DNA of 64,000 nucleotides, from NCBI RefSeq assembly GCF_006345805.1, contig NC_043012.1, positions 48,794,001-48,858,000 on the forward strand, written 5' to 3'. The translations under genes were made by a program, and so were the position numbers. The first letter of the stretch is position 1; the number at the start of each line of letters is the position of its first letter. This DNA comes from Octopus sinensis (taxonomy: Eukaryota). The notes beneath the pieces were generated by a model. It saw only the letters and a program-made list of their open reading frames with translations, had not been told where the DNA came from and ran no database searches. Shown here in pieces: positions 1 to 12,645 of this stretch.

Positions 1-1479
1 AAAGTATGTAGTCTGTAATTTTAGAGAGAAGAACTCAACATTCAACACGTTAACCAGTCATAAATAATGCTGTATCTTTTCACACACACACACAGACGAA
101 ATATTACTCATAAAGCACACACAAACATTGATAAATGAAACACATGTGTATATATTTCTACAGACACATACTCACACAGAAACAGATAAACTGCCGGTAT
201 CGTTGTCGTATTTTTTATGCCAGGACGGTCCTGACTAAACAGGCCCATGTTAAAAGATCTCCGAATCATGAGTCTTTCTCCTATGTGCAGAGAGCTCAGA
301 ATCGGATCGCCCGGCTTACATATTTTTTAGTGATAGCAGTGAAAAGTTTAAAAGAGACTTGGTAGCTATTTCCAGCATATCAAGCAACCTCAAACAGGAT
401 CTCTCACTGGCTCGCCAAAATGTAGATTTGATTGTTAATATTGTGCCGTACTACTGATACGATACAAATTCCATAGAAACTACTTCATCAGGTGTGATGG
501 TCTTCTTTGAGGTAAGGTTGTACAATGATCTACTAGTAATTGGTAATAAATATCACAATTGGTGCGGTTGTCACTGTTGTTGCATGCTAATACATTATAA
601 TTACTGCTTTTAGCTGAAACATTTTTCTTCTGTTGCAGTGATTAACCTGAATATGGAAGTGGAATTGACAAATCGATTTGGTTGGATAGAAGTGCTGTCA
701 GTTCCACGGTGTGACTAATCGATGAACAAGAATAAAGCGTCAGCGAAGAAAACGATCACAATTTTGGCCTGGCAAAAGAAGTTCTAGGAAAATATCGCAT
801 TTCAGTTTTTAAAAATCCATAATAATTAGTAATTCGTATTTATTTGCTGTCACAGTAAAGAAATGACAAAAAGAGAGTGAGTGATATTAGAAATAAAATG
901 AAAGTGATTGGAAGGATGAGGTGATTGTCCCACTACCTTGATGGGAAAACAGGGAAAAGGTAAATGAGAATGAGAGAATTATGATGAGAATGATTAGGAG
1001 CAAAAGGTTAGCTTTATTTTGCTTTAAGCAGGATATGTAACAGAAAAACAATATCTTGATAAATAACCCGGCATTTTGTTATGAATTTTGTGTTAAATGA
1101 TAATTCCGGATAAATGATAATTAATGTAAATATTTCAGTGATTTGTAAATAACATTTTAATCTTTTTGTACAAGTAATATTATTTTTGATTATTATTTTT
1201 TTTATACCATTAAACTGTTTGTAAAAAGAAAAAGAGCTGTTTATGCTATTATATACCATTGTGACCCTTTATTTTATTTTTGTGTGTTGACATGCACTAT
1301 CACATTTACAAATTTTGGGGTTCAGATTTTTATTTAAGATCAAAACGTAATGTTTTAGTATTAAGTACAAAGTGCAAAGTCTTTTAGGTAAGATATTTGT
1401 CAATAGTTTCACCAATCGTTCTGCCTATTCACTGTAAGTAATACAACTAGCAGTTAAAATAATTAAACAAATATCCTCT

Positions 1480-1857
1480 GTATGAAAAGTCTGGCTGCAT
1501 ACACGTTAGCATATGTCAGGTGCATACAATTGACAACACAGTTAATTAAGATTTATTCAGTGAGTTCTATTCAACACATGTTTACACGTGGAATCCATTA
1601 GATGAAGGCATTTTCAAAGTTTTGGCCGATAAAGTTGAACTGAAAAACCCTACAACGAGGCATAAATTGCACGAAGCCGTTTTGCAGTCTTGGGAAGAGC
1701 TATCTGAGCGGAAAATTCGTGGATGTATTCAACATCAAACTTGTGTTCGGCGTCAAATAGTTGACTGTCGTGGTGGTAACATATTCGTGTAATAAATTTT
1801 GTGTTTATTTTTGTTTCATAATATATATTTTTTCGGATGCAGCCAGACTTTTCACAC
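1480..1857 (+). mobile_element. Internally deleted Tc1/mariner element (MITE-like) with C-terminal transposase remnant
   Basis: Inverted termini tgaaaagtctggctgcat (~1483-1500) and atgcagccagacttttca (~1837-1854). 1589-1792 translates WNPLDEGIFKVLADKVELKNPTTRHKLHEAVLQSWEELSERKIRGCIQ...IVDCRGGNIFV*, matching the Tc1-type NPLD...W...GG tail. Confidence 0.75.
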
Positions 1858-2368
1858 ATTTTAATGCACTTATTAAATGACAATACATTAATTGCATGTC
1901 ATGATAATATAGCACGTATAAATGAAAGCATTACTCGTATGTAAGAAAAAAAAACAGTCCTGTTTTATTCAATAAAACACATGAAAAAAAACCCATTCGA
2001 TCAGTCAATAGTCTTCAAGCCTTTTCCCCCTCTGACCTTTTTCCTCCCCATGACCGTTTCACCTGTGCGTTTTTGTCGGCTGAAAATGTTTTTCATGGTT
2101 TCGACTGACCTTGTATTTATGGTTTTTGATGCAAACAAACAGAAACCCGTGAGTACGGGGCTTTCCGTTTATATACACGAAGGAGACAAATCAATCTTCG
2201 ATAGAAGCCTCTCTGCCAACAGACAAATTTTATGAAACTCAGTCTCTGAAAAAATATAGAGTCCAAAGAAACTAGTGATGAACTGTGGCTAAAAAGAAAA
2301 AAAAATCAAGTAAGTATAATGAATTTCATAAAATTGAATAAAATCTTGTTCTATAAGTCGAAGTGTTT

Positions 2369-2750
2369 TATAACATTATGGACAGGGCCTTTTATTACGT
2401 GTATCGTGAAGTGAAATGCGTCCTAACATTACAGATTGTCTTTCGTTACACACGTGCCGTGAGGGGAAATGCAATTTAACATTATGGGCAGGGCTTTTAT
2501 AAGACGTATACTGTAAAGTACATTTTAACTTTTCGGACAAATCACTTCATCACATGGTAACTTATACATTACGTAGAGGGATTTTCAACAAGTGTACCTT
2601 GAAATGAGATGTACTCTCACATTCTGTGAAGGGCGTTCGTTACATATGGTAACAAATGAGATGTACTTAAACACGACAGAAGATGTCTTTCATCGCGTGA
2701 CTATGAAAGGAGAACTCTTATAACATTACGGACAGGGCCTTTCAAAATCA
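2369..2750. repeat. Degenerate tandem repeat, ~50-55 bp unit
   Basis: Recurring taacattatggacagggccttt-like motif at ~2370, 2424, 2477, 2618, 2668 and 2721. Confidence 0.55.
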
Positions 2751-2950
2751 GACGTTTTCTAAAATTGTTGACAGGGCTATTCGCTTTCTGTGCTGTCAGC
2801 AATGTACATATCGGAGCAAGGTAAGTCTCTGTCCCCAAAAAAAGTGGGGGGGGGGGCTGCGTAGAAGGTGGGAATTCTCACGCCATGGGCCACGAACTTT
2901 TCCGATTTGTTGCTGTCTCATTTTCAATCAAGTATTCCTTGTGCATTCAT

Positions 2951-3078
2951 TTTCTTCTTCTTCTTCTTCTTCTTCTTCTTCTTCTTCTTCTTCTTCTTCT
3001 TCTTCTTCTTCTTCTTCTTCTTCTTCTTCTTCTTCTTCTTCTTCTTCTTCTTCTTCTTCTTCTTCTTCTTCTTCTTCT
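2951..3078. repeat. (TTC)n microsatellite
   Basis: About 42 perfect TTC units; source of the poly-F/L/S/K ORFs. Confidence 0.98.
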
Positions 3079-3861
3079 CCAAAAAGGCTTCCAGTTCAAT
3101 TTCTGAGCCGGCTAGCGTGTTGTGTCCTTGAGCAAAGCACTTCATTTCGCTGTCCTCTAACATATTCATTTGCAAACGAATATCAGTTAGTGGCCGATAC
3201 TCATTTACAGAGGACTGGTTTGTAGCCCCCTCCCTTCCCTGAGTATTCAGTTGAGTGAAGAGTGACTGGGCTGAGAGGCTACTTATCTTTACCCTTAGCT
3301 ACAAAGACACCAAAAACAAATTGCAAAATATGGTACGTTACTGAGCCATACTCTCTGCCAAGCAATAATTGGCTTACTTTATTGCATATTATGAGCAAGT
3401 CTGCGGTTAATTGTGTTGACCGAAGTGTTACTGTATAAAGAACCACATTCTGGTGCAACTTTCTTTCAAAAGTTATTGGAAAAATGTGAGCGATAAGTAT
3501 ATCGAAAGACAGCAACCGAAACTTGCATAGCAACAATAAATGTAACATCACATAGCAACTTACAGTTATACTCTGGACTTGAGCCGAAAACGAGAAGGAA
3601 AAGACAGACATCTATCTTGAACAGATATTAGATAAAGAGGATAGGAACGGCGTATTCGCCAGTACCAACATGATAAGCAGCTGGTGAAAGGTTCTAGGTC
3701 GATAAACCAGTTTCATTCATTCATTCATGCAAGGAAATATCAACGTGGTTGCTCGAGCGGATAAAAATAGCAAATTTATTTCTCTCTAATTACACCCCAT
3801 TGTTCTAGAAAAAAAAAACAGAACATATTGGATAAAGTTGTCTAGACACCCCAGGAAATCG

Positions 3862-3984
3862 TGTTTGTGTGGTAAGAAACTTGCTTTCTAACCACATGGC
3901 TCCGGGTTCAGTCCCACTGCGTCGCACTTTGGGCGAGTCTCGAGCCGACCAAAGCCGTGTGAGTGGATTTGATAGATGGAAACT

Positions 3985-3990
<6 letters not shown>
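3862..3990 (+). mobile_element. tRNA-derived SINE family A, 5' half
   Basis: gtggtaagaaacttgctttctaaccacatggctccgggttcagtcccactgcg head shared with copies at 9066, 40201 and 55805. Ends at the internal microsatellite. Confidence 0.85.
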
Positions 3991-4356
<366 letters not shown>

Positions 4357-5235
4357 CATGGTCTGATCAATAAGTATCCGAACTGTTGCCATTGTAACGA
4401 AGCTAAAGCACGCAGAGTGAAACCGCATGACACAGATTGACCTTGAACTCCAGTGTGCATGCGTACTAAGTTTTAAAGGTCTAGCTCACTGCTGTTGTTT
4501 GCAGCAGTACTTGGAAGGAAGGTGTGTGACATGTGATCGTCGCATTGACCACGACAGAGAGAGTTAAGCAGAGAATCTGCATCAAATATTGCCAAAAGCT
4601 TGGCGATTCCTGCTGAGAGGCCTACGCAAAGTTTTCAAAAAGTTTTCAACATTCTCGACTCAATCAAGATCTTAAGCATTTGAAACTCGAGTTTTTTTTG
4701 GTCAGTTGATAGCAGTTTTGACAGACATGCTTCTCATACCCAAATCTTCAGTGATAATGGACTGAACTGAACCGTAACTAATCTGCACATTCTCTGATAA
4801 CACGCGGATAGTGATTCGACAAGTTCCTCTCACAGCTACACGCACATCTGCGATGGTTTTCTCAGTTCTGCTGGTTGCGGGTCTCTCAGAACGTTCGTCA
4901 ATATCGACAATTCTCGGTCATCTTGGAACAGTAAGAACCACTTGTACACTTGTGTGTGGGTCATACACCCCTTTCCATAGACTACCTGCAACTTTGCGAG
5001 GGCCTCTGGACAGGTATCGCCATGACAACCTTCTCTGTCATGGTCAATGTGACAACCACTCGCTACACACCTTCCTTACGAGCACTGCTGTAAACAGCGG
5101 AAGTGAGCTGGAACGTTAAAGGTTAGTGCACATGCACAACTGAGTTCAAGGTCAATATTTGCCAAGCGGCTTCACTCTGCGTGCTTTCGCTTCGCTAATA
5201 TGGCAACAGTATAGAAACTTATTGACCAGACCTCA
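4357..5235. mobile_element. Mariner relic built from two inverted 5' ends
   Basis: TIR-like ends (ta)catggtctgatcaataagtatccg and cttattgaccagacctca(ta). The plus arm encodes TERVKQRICIKYCQKLG. The minus arm has the same 5' UTR plus TQVYKWF...DERSERPATSRTEKTIADVR...ISYGSVQSIITEDLGM (mariner HTH region). Confidence 0.85.
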
Positions 5236-5248
5236 TATATATATAGCA

Positions 5249-5295
5249 AAAACTGTCCGATGAACGGCAACGGGAAACTCAGAGTAACAGGTTTT
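5249..5295 (+). ncRNA. Hammerhead-like motif, family A (stem II closing pair mutated)
   Basis: AAAACTGT-CCGATGA-ACG(GCAA)CGG-GAAA-CTCAGAG-TA-ACAGGTTTT; paralog of 36753-36799. Confidence 0.55.
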
Positions 5296-5436
5296 GGTGA
5301 ATTTTCTGCTGCTTTAAATAAAGTATATATATATACTAATAATAATATAGGATGAAGTTTTTTCTCTACAGAAAAGAATTCCATCAAGAAATGTGGTAGC
5401 ATATTAAAAAGTACCTTTACGGTTAAAATTATAAAC

Positions 5437-5779
5437 ATCTTATAAGCAAGGGCTAAAGAAGATTATTCCAAAGCCAATATACTGATTTTCCACATATAAT
5501 CCACTTGGTGCAAAAAAATTGAACTGAAGTAGGGTAACTAACCGTGTTCTTTGCTTTGGCTTTTTCCATAGGCGCATGTAAGTATCTTACTTATATTCTC
5601 TCGTAAGCTCTACCGATGAAGAATGAATCCTTTATGAGATTAATTCCGAAATTGATTCAATATAGAGATAACGAAATTTAAATATACTTCAGTTCAATTT
5701 TTCTGTAGCAAGTGGATTATATGTGGAAAATCAGTATATTGGCTTTGGAATAATCTTCTTTAGCCCTTGCTTATAAGAT
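5437..5779. mobile_element. MITE / fold-back with ~95-bp terminal inverted repeats
   Basis: 5437-5531 (atcttataagcaagggctaaagaag...aattgaactgaagta) is the near-perfect reverse complement of 5685-5779. Confidence 0.9.
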
Positions 5780-5961
5780 ATATATATATAAGATATATAT
5801 ATATATATATATATACACAAACATAAATACGAGGTCTGGGGCAGCTCTTCTGTTTGCCGCTCGCAGACCCCCAAAAACACATATTCCCTACAGCAGACCC
5901 AAAAGTGGTGCCCCTTTAAAAGCCCCGCCCGGGGTGGAGTGCTCCTACCGCCCCCAGTTAG

Positions 5962-6014
<53 letters not shown>

Positions 6015-6029
6015 CATATATACATGCAC

Positions 6030-6250
6030 GTTTGTGTGTGTGTCTATGTGTTTGTAACTGTCACCCACCATTGCCTAACAACCAATGCTGGTGTGTTTAT
6101 GTTTCCATCAACTTAGCTGTTCGGCAAAAGATGCTGATAGAATAATTATTAGACTTAAAAATTAAATTAGAAGAAATCGTACTGGGATCGATTCATTCGA
6201 CAAAATTTCTTCAAGGTGATGTTCCAGAATGGTCACACTCTAATGAATGA
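6030..6250 (+). mobile_element. SINE family A, 3' half (degenerate)
   Basis: caaccaatgctggtgtgtttatg...ttcggcaaaagatgctgatagaataa...gaaacaa matches the tail of the complete copy at 40201-40615. Confidence 0.7.
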
Positions 6251-6309
6251 AACAACTGAACGATAAAAGCTAAACGATAAAAAGTATATGATGTTCACTT
6301 ATCATATGC

Positions 6310-6691
6310 CCTGAATGAGGTTGGTCTTCAAGGGACAAGTGACCATTCCTAAAACGTAAAAACCACTTGTTAACTTGTGTTTTGCTCATGGCAGCGTCCT
6401 TGTAAGCTGTTTGAAGCATGACAGCTGTTTCGGCTGCCGTTTCCCCCAGCAGAAAACAGAATTTCACAGAAGCACGTTGTTCCTTCGTTTCAGCCAACAC
6501 AAAAATCGACGAACACAGCAGAAGCACTGCAAAACAAAGACACACCACGTGACAATACCACATCACCCGACGATGCTGGTGGGCAGTCTGATGCTTGGGG
6601 CCGCATCAAGTGCCTTCTAACGGCAGAAACTTGAACTGCAATAGATTTGTCCCACAGAGAACTTTTCCGGTTATTTTTGGGTACACCCTCG
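6310..6691 (-). mobile_element. Mariner 5' fragment with TIR
   Basis: Minus strand TIR (ta)cgagggtgtacccaaaaataaccggaa. Translation EQRASVKFCFLLGETAAETAVMLQTAYKDAAMSKTQVNKWFLRFRNGHLSLEDQPHSG is a mariner N-terminal HTH. Confidence 0.9.
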
Positions 6692-7214
6692 TATCGCATA
6701 TATTGACACACTATAATACTATATAACACGCCAGGCAGATTAGACATAGGAAAATGTCCCTAAAACATCTCTGTGCAGTATTAAAAAATATATGTTTCTT
6801 GGTATATTATTCCTGAAAACATACTGGGATGGTTATGGCTGAAATGTTTCTGATCATAGATTTGCTTTATCAGGGCTAACATGAAGCTAAACAATAATAT
6901 CAACAATATTTTATAATAGATGAGCTAGAGGTACTTACTGCACGGAAGAATCTAATGAAATGTAGAACAATAACGCTTGTCATAATCAGCAATAGAATTA
7001 TGGAAATCAACGTGATTAGAGATACTGTGGAAGGAAAATAAGAGAAAGAATTACAATGAATGTTAACTAAGAGAAACATTATAAGTTAATAGTAATCTTA
7101 ATTCTATTTCAATGAAATACTCTTGTACGGTGTATATCTATAAATGTTAAACCAGCAATGTATGTAATGGAGATATGTACGCACAATGTAAATACAGTAT
7201 CTTAGTGAGTAGGA

Positions 7215-8644
7215 AAAGAGGGATTAACTGGATTAGTTTCAAAGAGGGATCAATAGGGCTACATTCAAAGAGGGATCAACTGGCCTAGTTTCAAAGAGGG
7301 ATCAACAGGACTTGTTTCAAAGAGGGATCAACAGGACTAGTTTCAGAGAGGGATCAACAGCACTAGTTTCAGAGTGGAGTCAAGAGGACTAGTTTCAAAG
7401 AAAGATCAACAGGATTAGTTTCAAAGAGGGATCAACAGGATTAGCTTCAAAGAAGGATCAACAGGACTAGTTTCAGAGAGGGGTCAAGAAGACTAGTTTC
7501 AAAGAGGGATCAACAGGATTAGCTTCAAAGAAGGGTCAACAGGACTAGTTTCAAAGAAAGATCAACAGGATTAGTTTCAAAGAGGGATCAACTGGAATAG
7601 TTCCAAAGAGGGATTAAAAGAATTAGCTTCAAAGAGGGATTGAAAGGAATAATTTCAAAGAGGGATCAACAAGACTAGTTTCAAAGAGGGGTCAACTGGA
7701 TTAGTTTCAAAGAGGGATTAACAGGACTAGTTTCAAAGAGGGATCAACAGGATTAGCTTCAAAGAGAGATCAACTGGAATAGTTTCAAAGAGGGATCAGC
7801 AGGACTAGTTTCAAAGAGGGATCAACAGGATTAGTTTCAAGGAGGGATCAACAGGACTAGTTTCAAAGAGGGATCAACAGGATTAGTTTCAAAGAGGGAT
7901 CAACAGGATTAGTTTCAAGGAGGGATCAACAGGACTAGTTTCAAAGAGGGATCAACAGGACTAGTTTCAAAGAGGGATCAACAGGATTAGCTTCAAAGAG
8001 AGATCAACTGGAATAGTTTCAAGGAGGGATCAGCAGGACTAGTTTCAAAGAGGGATCAACAGGATTAGTTTCAAGGAGGGATCAACAGGACTAGTTTCAA
8101 AGAGGGATCAACAGGACTAGTTTCAAAGAGGGATCAACTGGACTAGTTTCAAAGAGGGATCAACAGGACTAGTTTCAAAGAGAGATCAACTGAATTAGTT
8201 TCAGAGAGGGATCAACAGAATTAGTTTCAAAGAGGGATCAAAAGGACTACATTCAAAGAGGGATCAACTGGAATAGTTTCAAAGAGGGATCAGCAGGACT
8301 AGTTTCAAAGAGGGATCAACAGGATTAGTTTCAAGGAGGGATCAAAAGGACTAGTTTCAAAGAGGGATCAACAGGACTTGTTTCAGAGAGGAGTCAACAT
8401 GACTAGTTTCAAAGAGGGATCAACAGGACTAGTTTCAAAGAAAGATCAACAGGATTAGTTTCAAGGAGGGATCAACAGGATTAGCTTCAAAGAAGGATCA
8501 ACAGGACTAGTTTCAGAGAGTGGTCAAGAGGACTAGTTTCAAAGAGGAATCAACAGGACTAATTTCAAGGAGAGTTCAACTGGAATAGTTTCAAAGAGGG
8601 ATCAACAGGACTAGTTTCAAGTAGAGATGAACTGGTCTGGTTTC
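7215..8644. repeat. 26-bp minisatellite, 55 copies
   Basis: Consensus aaagagggatcaacaggactagtttc. 55 x 26 = 1430 bp, matching the span exactly, so there are substitutions but no indels. Confidence 0.99.
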
Positions 8645-8734
8645 AACTCTGTATTGGGAATTCACCAGTAACTGAGCACTGTCTTTAACTTTTAACGGGT
8701 GCATTGCTTATAATCCCACAATTATTAAAAGCTT

Positions 8735-9050
8735 AGGCGCGTGGCTTAGTGGTTAGTGTAGCCACCTGACGATTGTAATATTGTGAGTTCGATTCCCGGC
8801 GGTACGCTGTATTCTTCACACTCTATTTCCCGTTGCTCCAGTTCACTCACCTGGCATAAATGAATTGTACCTGTATATGAAATGGTGAGCTTTGTCACAT
8901 TCGGTGTGTCACGTTAAATATTCCTAGAATTACGTTAAGGGTTCACGTATCAGTAGAGTACTCAGCCACTTGCACGATATTTTACGAACAGGCTGTTCCG
9001 TTGATCGAATCAACTGGAGCAATCAAAGTTGTTGCCAACGGAGTACTCAG
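8735..9050 (+). mobile_element. tRNA-derived SINE family C
   Basis: A/B-box-like head aggcgcgtggcttagtggttag...gagttcgattcccgg. The body matches the inverted copy at 19911-20190. Confidence 0.75.
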
Positions 9051-9065
9051 CCAGGTGTAATACAT

Positions 9066-9425
9066 AGAACGGGCATGGCTGTGTAGTAAGGAGCTTGCTT
9101 CCCAATTACGTGATTTCGAGTCTAGTCCTTGGGCAAGTATCTACTACTATAATCTCGGGCTAACCAAAGCCGTGTGAGTGGATTTGGTAGATAGAAAATG
9201 AAAGAAGCCCATCATATGTGTGTGTGTGTTTGCCTATGTGTTTGTTACCACCGTTTAACAACCGGTGTTGATGTATTTACCTCCCTGTAACCTAGCAGTT
9301 CAGCAAAAGAAAATGATAGAATAAGTACCAGACTTTACAAAAAGTACTAGGGGTCAATAAGTTTGACTAGAATTCTGCAAGCGGTGCTCCAACATGGCTG
9401 GAGTCTAATGATTGAAACAAGTAAA
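9066..9425 (+). mobile_element. SINE family A
   Basis: Head, internal (TG)n and gaaacaagtaaaa tail all present. Confidence 0.85.
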
Positions 9426-9436
9426 AAATATAAAAT

Positions 9437-9467
<31 letters not shown>

Positions 9468-9626
9468 TAAATAGACCTCACAAAAGCACTTTTGTGGCTA
9501 ATAAGTCGTTTTGACTTTTATTTCTAGCAATGCTGGTACCGCCTTGTACCTTCTGTTACTTTAGTAACATCGATAAATTTGCCTTTAGGTTGTTAAATTG
9601 CTAATAAGCCACCCGCATTCTATATA

Positions 9627-10045
9627 TACTCTTTACTTTTTTACTTGTTTCAGTCATTCGATTGTGGCCATGCTGGTGCACCGCCTTTAGTCGAGCAAAT
9701 CGACCCCAGGACTTATTCTTTGTAAGCCTAGTACTTATTCTATCGGTCATTTTTGCCGAACCGCCAAGTTACTGGGACGTAAACACACCAGCATCGGTTG
9801 TCAAGCGATGATGGGGGACAAACACAGACACACAAACATATACACATACACATACATATACATATATATACATATATACGGCAGGCTTCTTTCGGTTTCC
9901 ATCTACCAAATCCACTCACAAGGCTTTGGTCGGCCCGAGCCTATAATAGAAGACACTTGCCCAAGTTGCCACGCAGGGGGTATGAACCCGGAACCATGTG
10001 ATTCGTAAGAAAGCACTTATCACTTACCACACAGCCACTCCTACA

Positions 10046-10048
<3 letters not shown>
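9627..10048 (-). mobile_element. SINE family A, full length
   Basis: Reverse complement of the 40201-40615 copy. Confidence 0.9.
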
Positions 10049-10082
<34 letters not shown>

Positions 10083-10105
10083 TATATAATACATACATAC
10101 ATATG

Positions 10106-10147
<42 letters not shown>

Positions 10148-10415
10148 CACATGCAGCTCCAACACTGCATTAAAATTTGACCATGAAGATATTGAATATT
10201 CAGACAGGATGTTCACATGCCTTTAATTTACTGATTTGACTAAGAATTTATAAATATACAGCATTAATACTAAGCAATGTTAACGTAACTTTTATTTACT
10301 GCCACTTTCTGCTAACACGAAGATAGGCACGAGCTTACGAAAATCATCTTCGTGGCTGCCTGAACTGCTAGAAGTAACAATCAAATCTTTCACCCTGTGT
10401 TTTTTAACTGAAAGA

Positions 10416-10647
10416 TATTTCTTTATTGCCCACAAGGGACTAAACATAGAGGGGACAAACAACGACAGACAAAGGGATAAAGTCGATTACATCTACCCCA
10501 GTGAGTAACTGGTATTTAATTTATTGACCCCGAAAGGATGAAAGGCAAAGTCGACCTCGGAGGAATTTGAACTCACAACGTAGCGGCAGACGAAATACGG
10601 CTACGCATTTCGCCCGGCGTGCTAAAGCTTCTGCCAGCTCGCCGCCT
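10416..10647 (-). mobile_element. tRNA-derived SINE family B
   Basis: Reverse complement of ggcggcgagctggcagaa...gttctgagttcaaattccgccgaggtcgactttgcctttcatcc...aataaagaaata. Confidence 0.9.
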
Positions 10648-11584
10648 TTTTTAACTGAAAGAGACAATAAACACTGTATTCGCTGGTGTACAAAAAAAAA
10701 AAATTAATAAAAAAAAATAGCCATAACCAAGTCGGTTTTTTTAGCATAAAGTCTGTTCAGTCAGGGATGACCTGGGGCTAAATAGCAACAACAATAGTCG
10801 CTGTAGTAGTAGCAGCAGCAGCGGCTGCTTCATACAGGGATATGTTTTGGCATCAGTAGCTAACATACCACTATTAGAGCCTGTTTGATTTGCCGCACTT
10901 TTTGGGGGTTATCATGTTTTGAGAGCAATCAATGAAATCAGAATTCACTACGTCTACCTATATCGCAAATGAACCTTATCATTCCTTCTTCAATTATTTC
11001 TAAGCGTTCCGAAAGATAGCTGATCATAAGATATTCTTTCAAGCCACTTTATTATATCAAAGGAAGGAGGAATAAATTCTAACTATTAGCTTTGATTGTC
11101 CATGTTTCATGATTATAGTTCAGTGCAATTTCACCCAATGATCTAAAGAGCTTTAGACGTAATGCTACATATTAATGATTTCATTACGACTAAAATGATA
11201 CACGGTAAAATTTTATGTTCCATTTTGTGTGTGTATGTAGTTTTATTATTATTATCATTATTATTGCTATTATTTTAATTTGTTTTTTTTTTTTTTGTTG
11301 TTTCGCTTGGGATATTTTCATCAAGTAAAAATTCTTTATCGTTAACTGACTGAGAGAGCAGGCCAGAACAGAACTGATTCCAGTTTACACAGTCAGAGAG
11401 GCTTTCATACAACCATCCATTTGTATCGAGGTTAGTTTATTAGTTGTTTCACTAAGTTGGTTTTACATGATTTTCATAGAGAGGGTCGCTTAATGAATTT
11501 CCATCATTTTGGCATCGAAATTTATTATTTATTAATTATCATCATTCAGGTTATTGTTGTTGTTATTATTATGATAATCGTTGA

Positions 11585-12645
11585 TGGCGGAGAGCAGGTA
11601 GAATCGTTAGCATGTCGTACAAAATGCTTGGACGCATTTCGTCCGTCTTTATGTTCTGAGTTCAAATTCTGCAAAGGCCAACTTTGCATTTCATCCTTTC
11701 GGGGTCGATAAATTACCAGTGAAATGCTGGGGTCGATGTAATCGACTAGTCCCCACACTCCCACGAAATTTCAGGCCTTGTGCCTTTGTAGAAAGAATTA
11801 TTTTTGTCGTTGTTGTTGTTACTGCTGTTTTCGTTGCTGTTAAGGCAGTGAGCTGGTAGAATCGTTGGCGAAATGCTTAGTGGTATTTCGTCCGTCTTTG
11901 TGTTTTGAGATTGAACATTGGACAAGATAGTAAACCTAGATATTCAAAAAACTCCGATGGTCACAGATGGAACACTGCTAATAAATCAGATCTGACCTGA
12001 GGTTAAAAAAAAAACTGCAGCATTTGTTTCCAATAGTATAAGATGTTTCCTTATATCGGTGTTGGAGAAGAAGTGAGGATGTAGCCAGCATAGATGAAGA
12101 GTACTAACAACGAAGATAAACTGAAGATTAAAGATACAAAATATAGGCGCTTTGAATGAAACAGTTTCCAGTTGTAGTATCAGAGTTATGAGGATTAAAA
12201 TGATTGAAGATGATTAAAGGTTGAAGATTAAAGATGCCAAATATAGGCGCTTTTGTCTGCCGCTACGTTCTGAGTTCAAATTCCGCTGAGGTCGACTTTG
12301 CCTTTCATCCTTTCGGGTTCGATTAAATAAGTAACCAGTTACGCACTGGGGTCGATATAATCGAATGGCACCCTCCCCAAACATTTCGGGCGTTGTGCCT
12401 ATAGTAGAAAAGAATATTTATCCTGCGTAAAGCGGCGAGGTGGCAGAATCGTTAACACGCCGGACGAAATGCTTAGCGGTATTTTGTCCGTCTTCACGTT
12501 CTGAGTTCAAATTCCGCCGAGGTCGACTTTGCCTTTCATCCTTTCGTGGTCTATAAAGTGAGTACCAGTTGAATATTAGGGTCGATGCAATCAACTTATC
12601 ACCTCCTCCGAAATTGCTGATCTTGAGTCAAAATTTGAAACAAAT
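11585..12645 (+). mobile_element. Cluster of SINE family B copies
   Basis: Copies or fragments at ~11585-11800, 11843-11910, 12250-12415 and 12431-12645, sharing the family B body; three carry the gttctgagttcaaatt core. Confidence 0.8.

Noticed and set aside
7215-8644. Minisatellite as a CRISPR array, coding repeat or active ribozyme
   Set aside because: No spacers and a eukaryotic context; 26 is not a multiple of 3 and stops recur; stems I and II cannot form.
8735-8800. tRNA genes at SINE heads (also 21600, 30330, 54431, 59343)
   Set aside because: A/B-box-like heads run into repeated SINE bodies and lack a complete cloverleaf.
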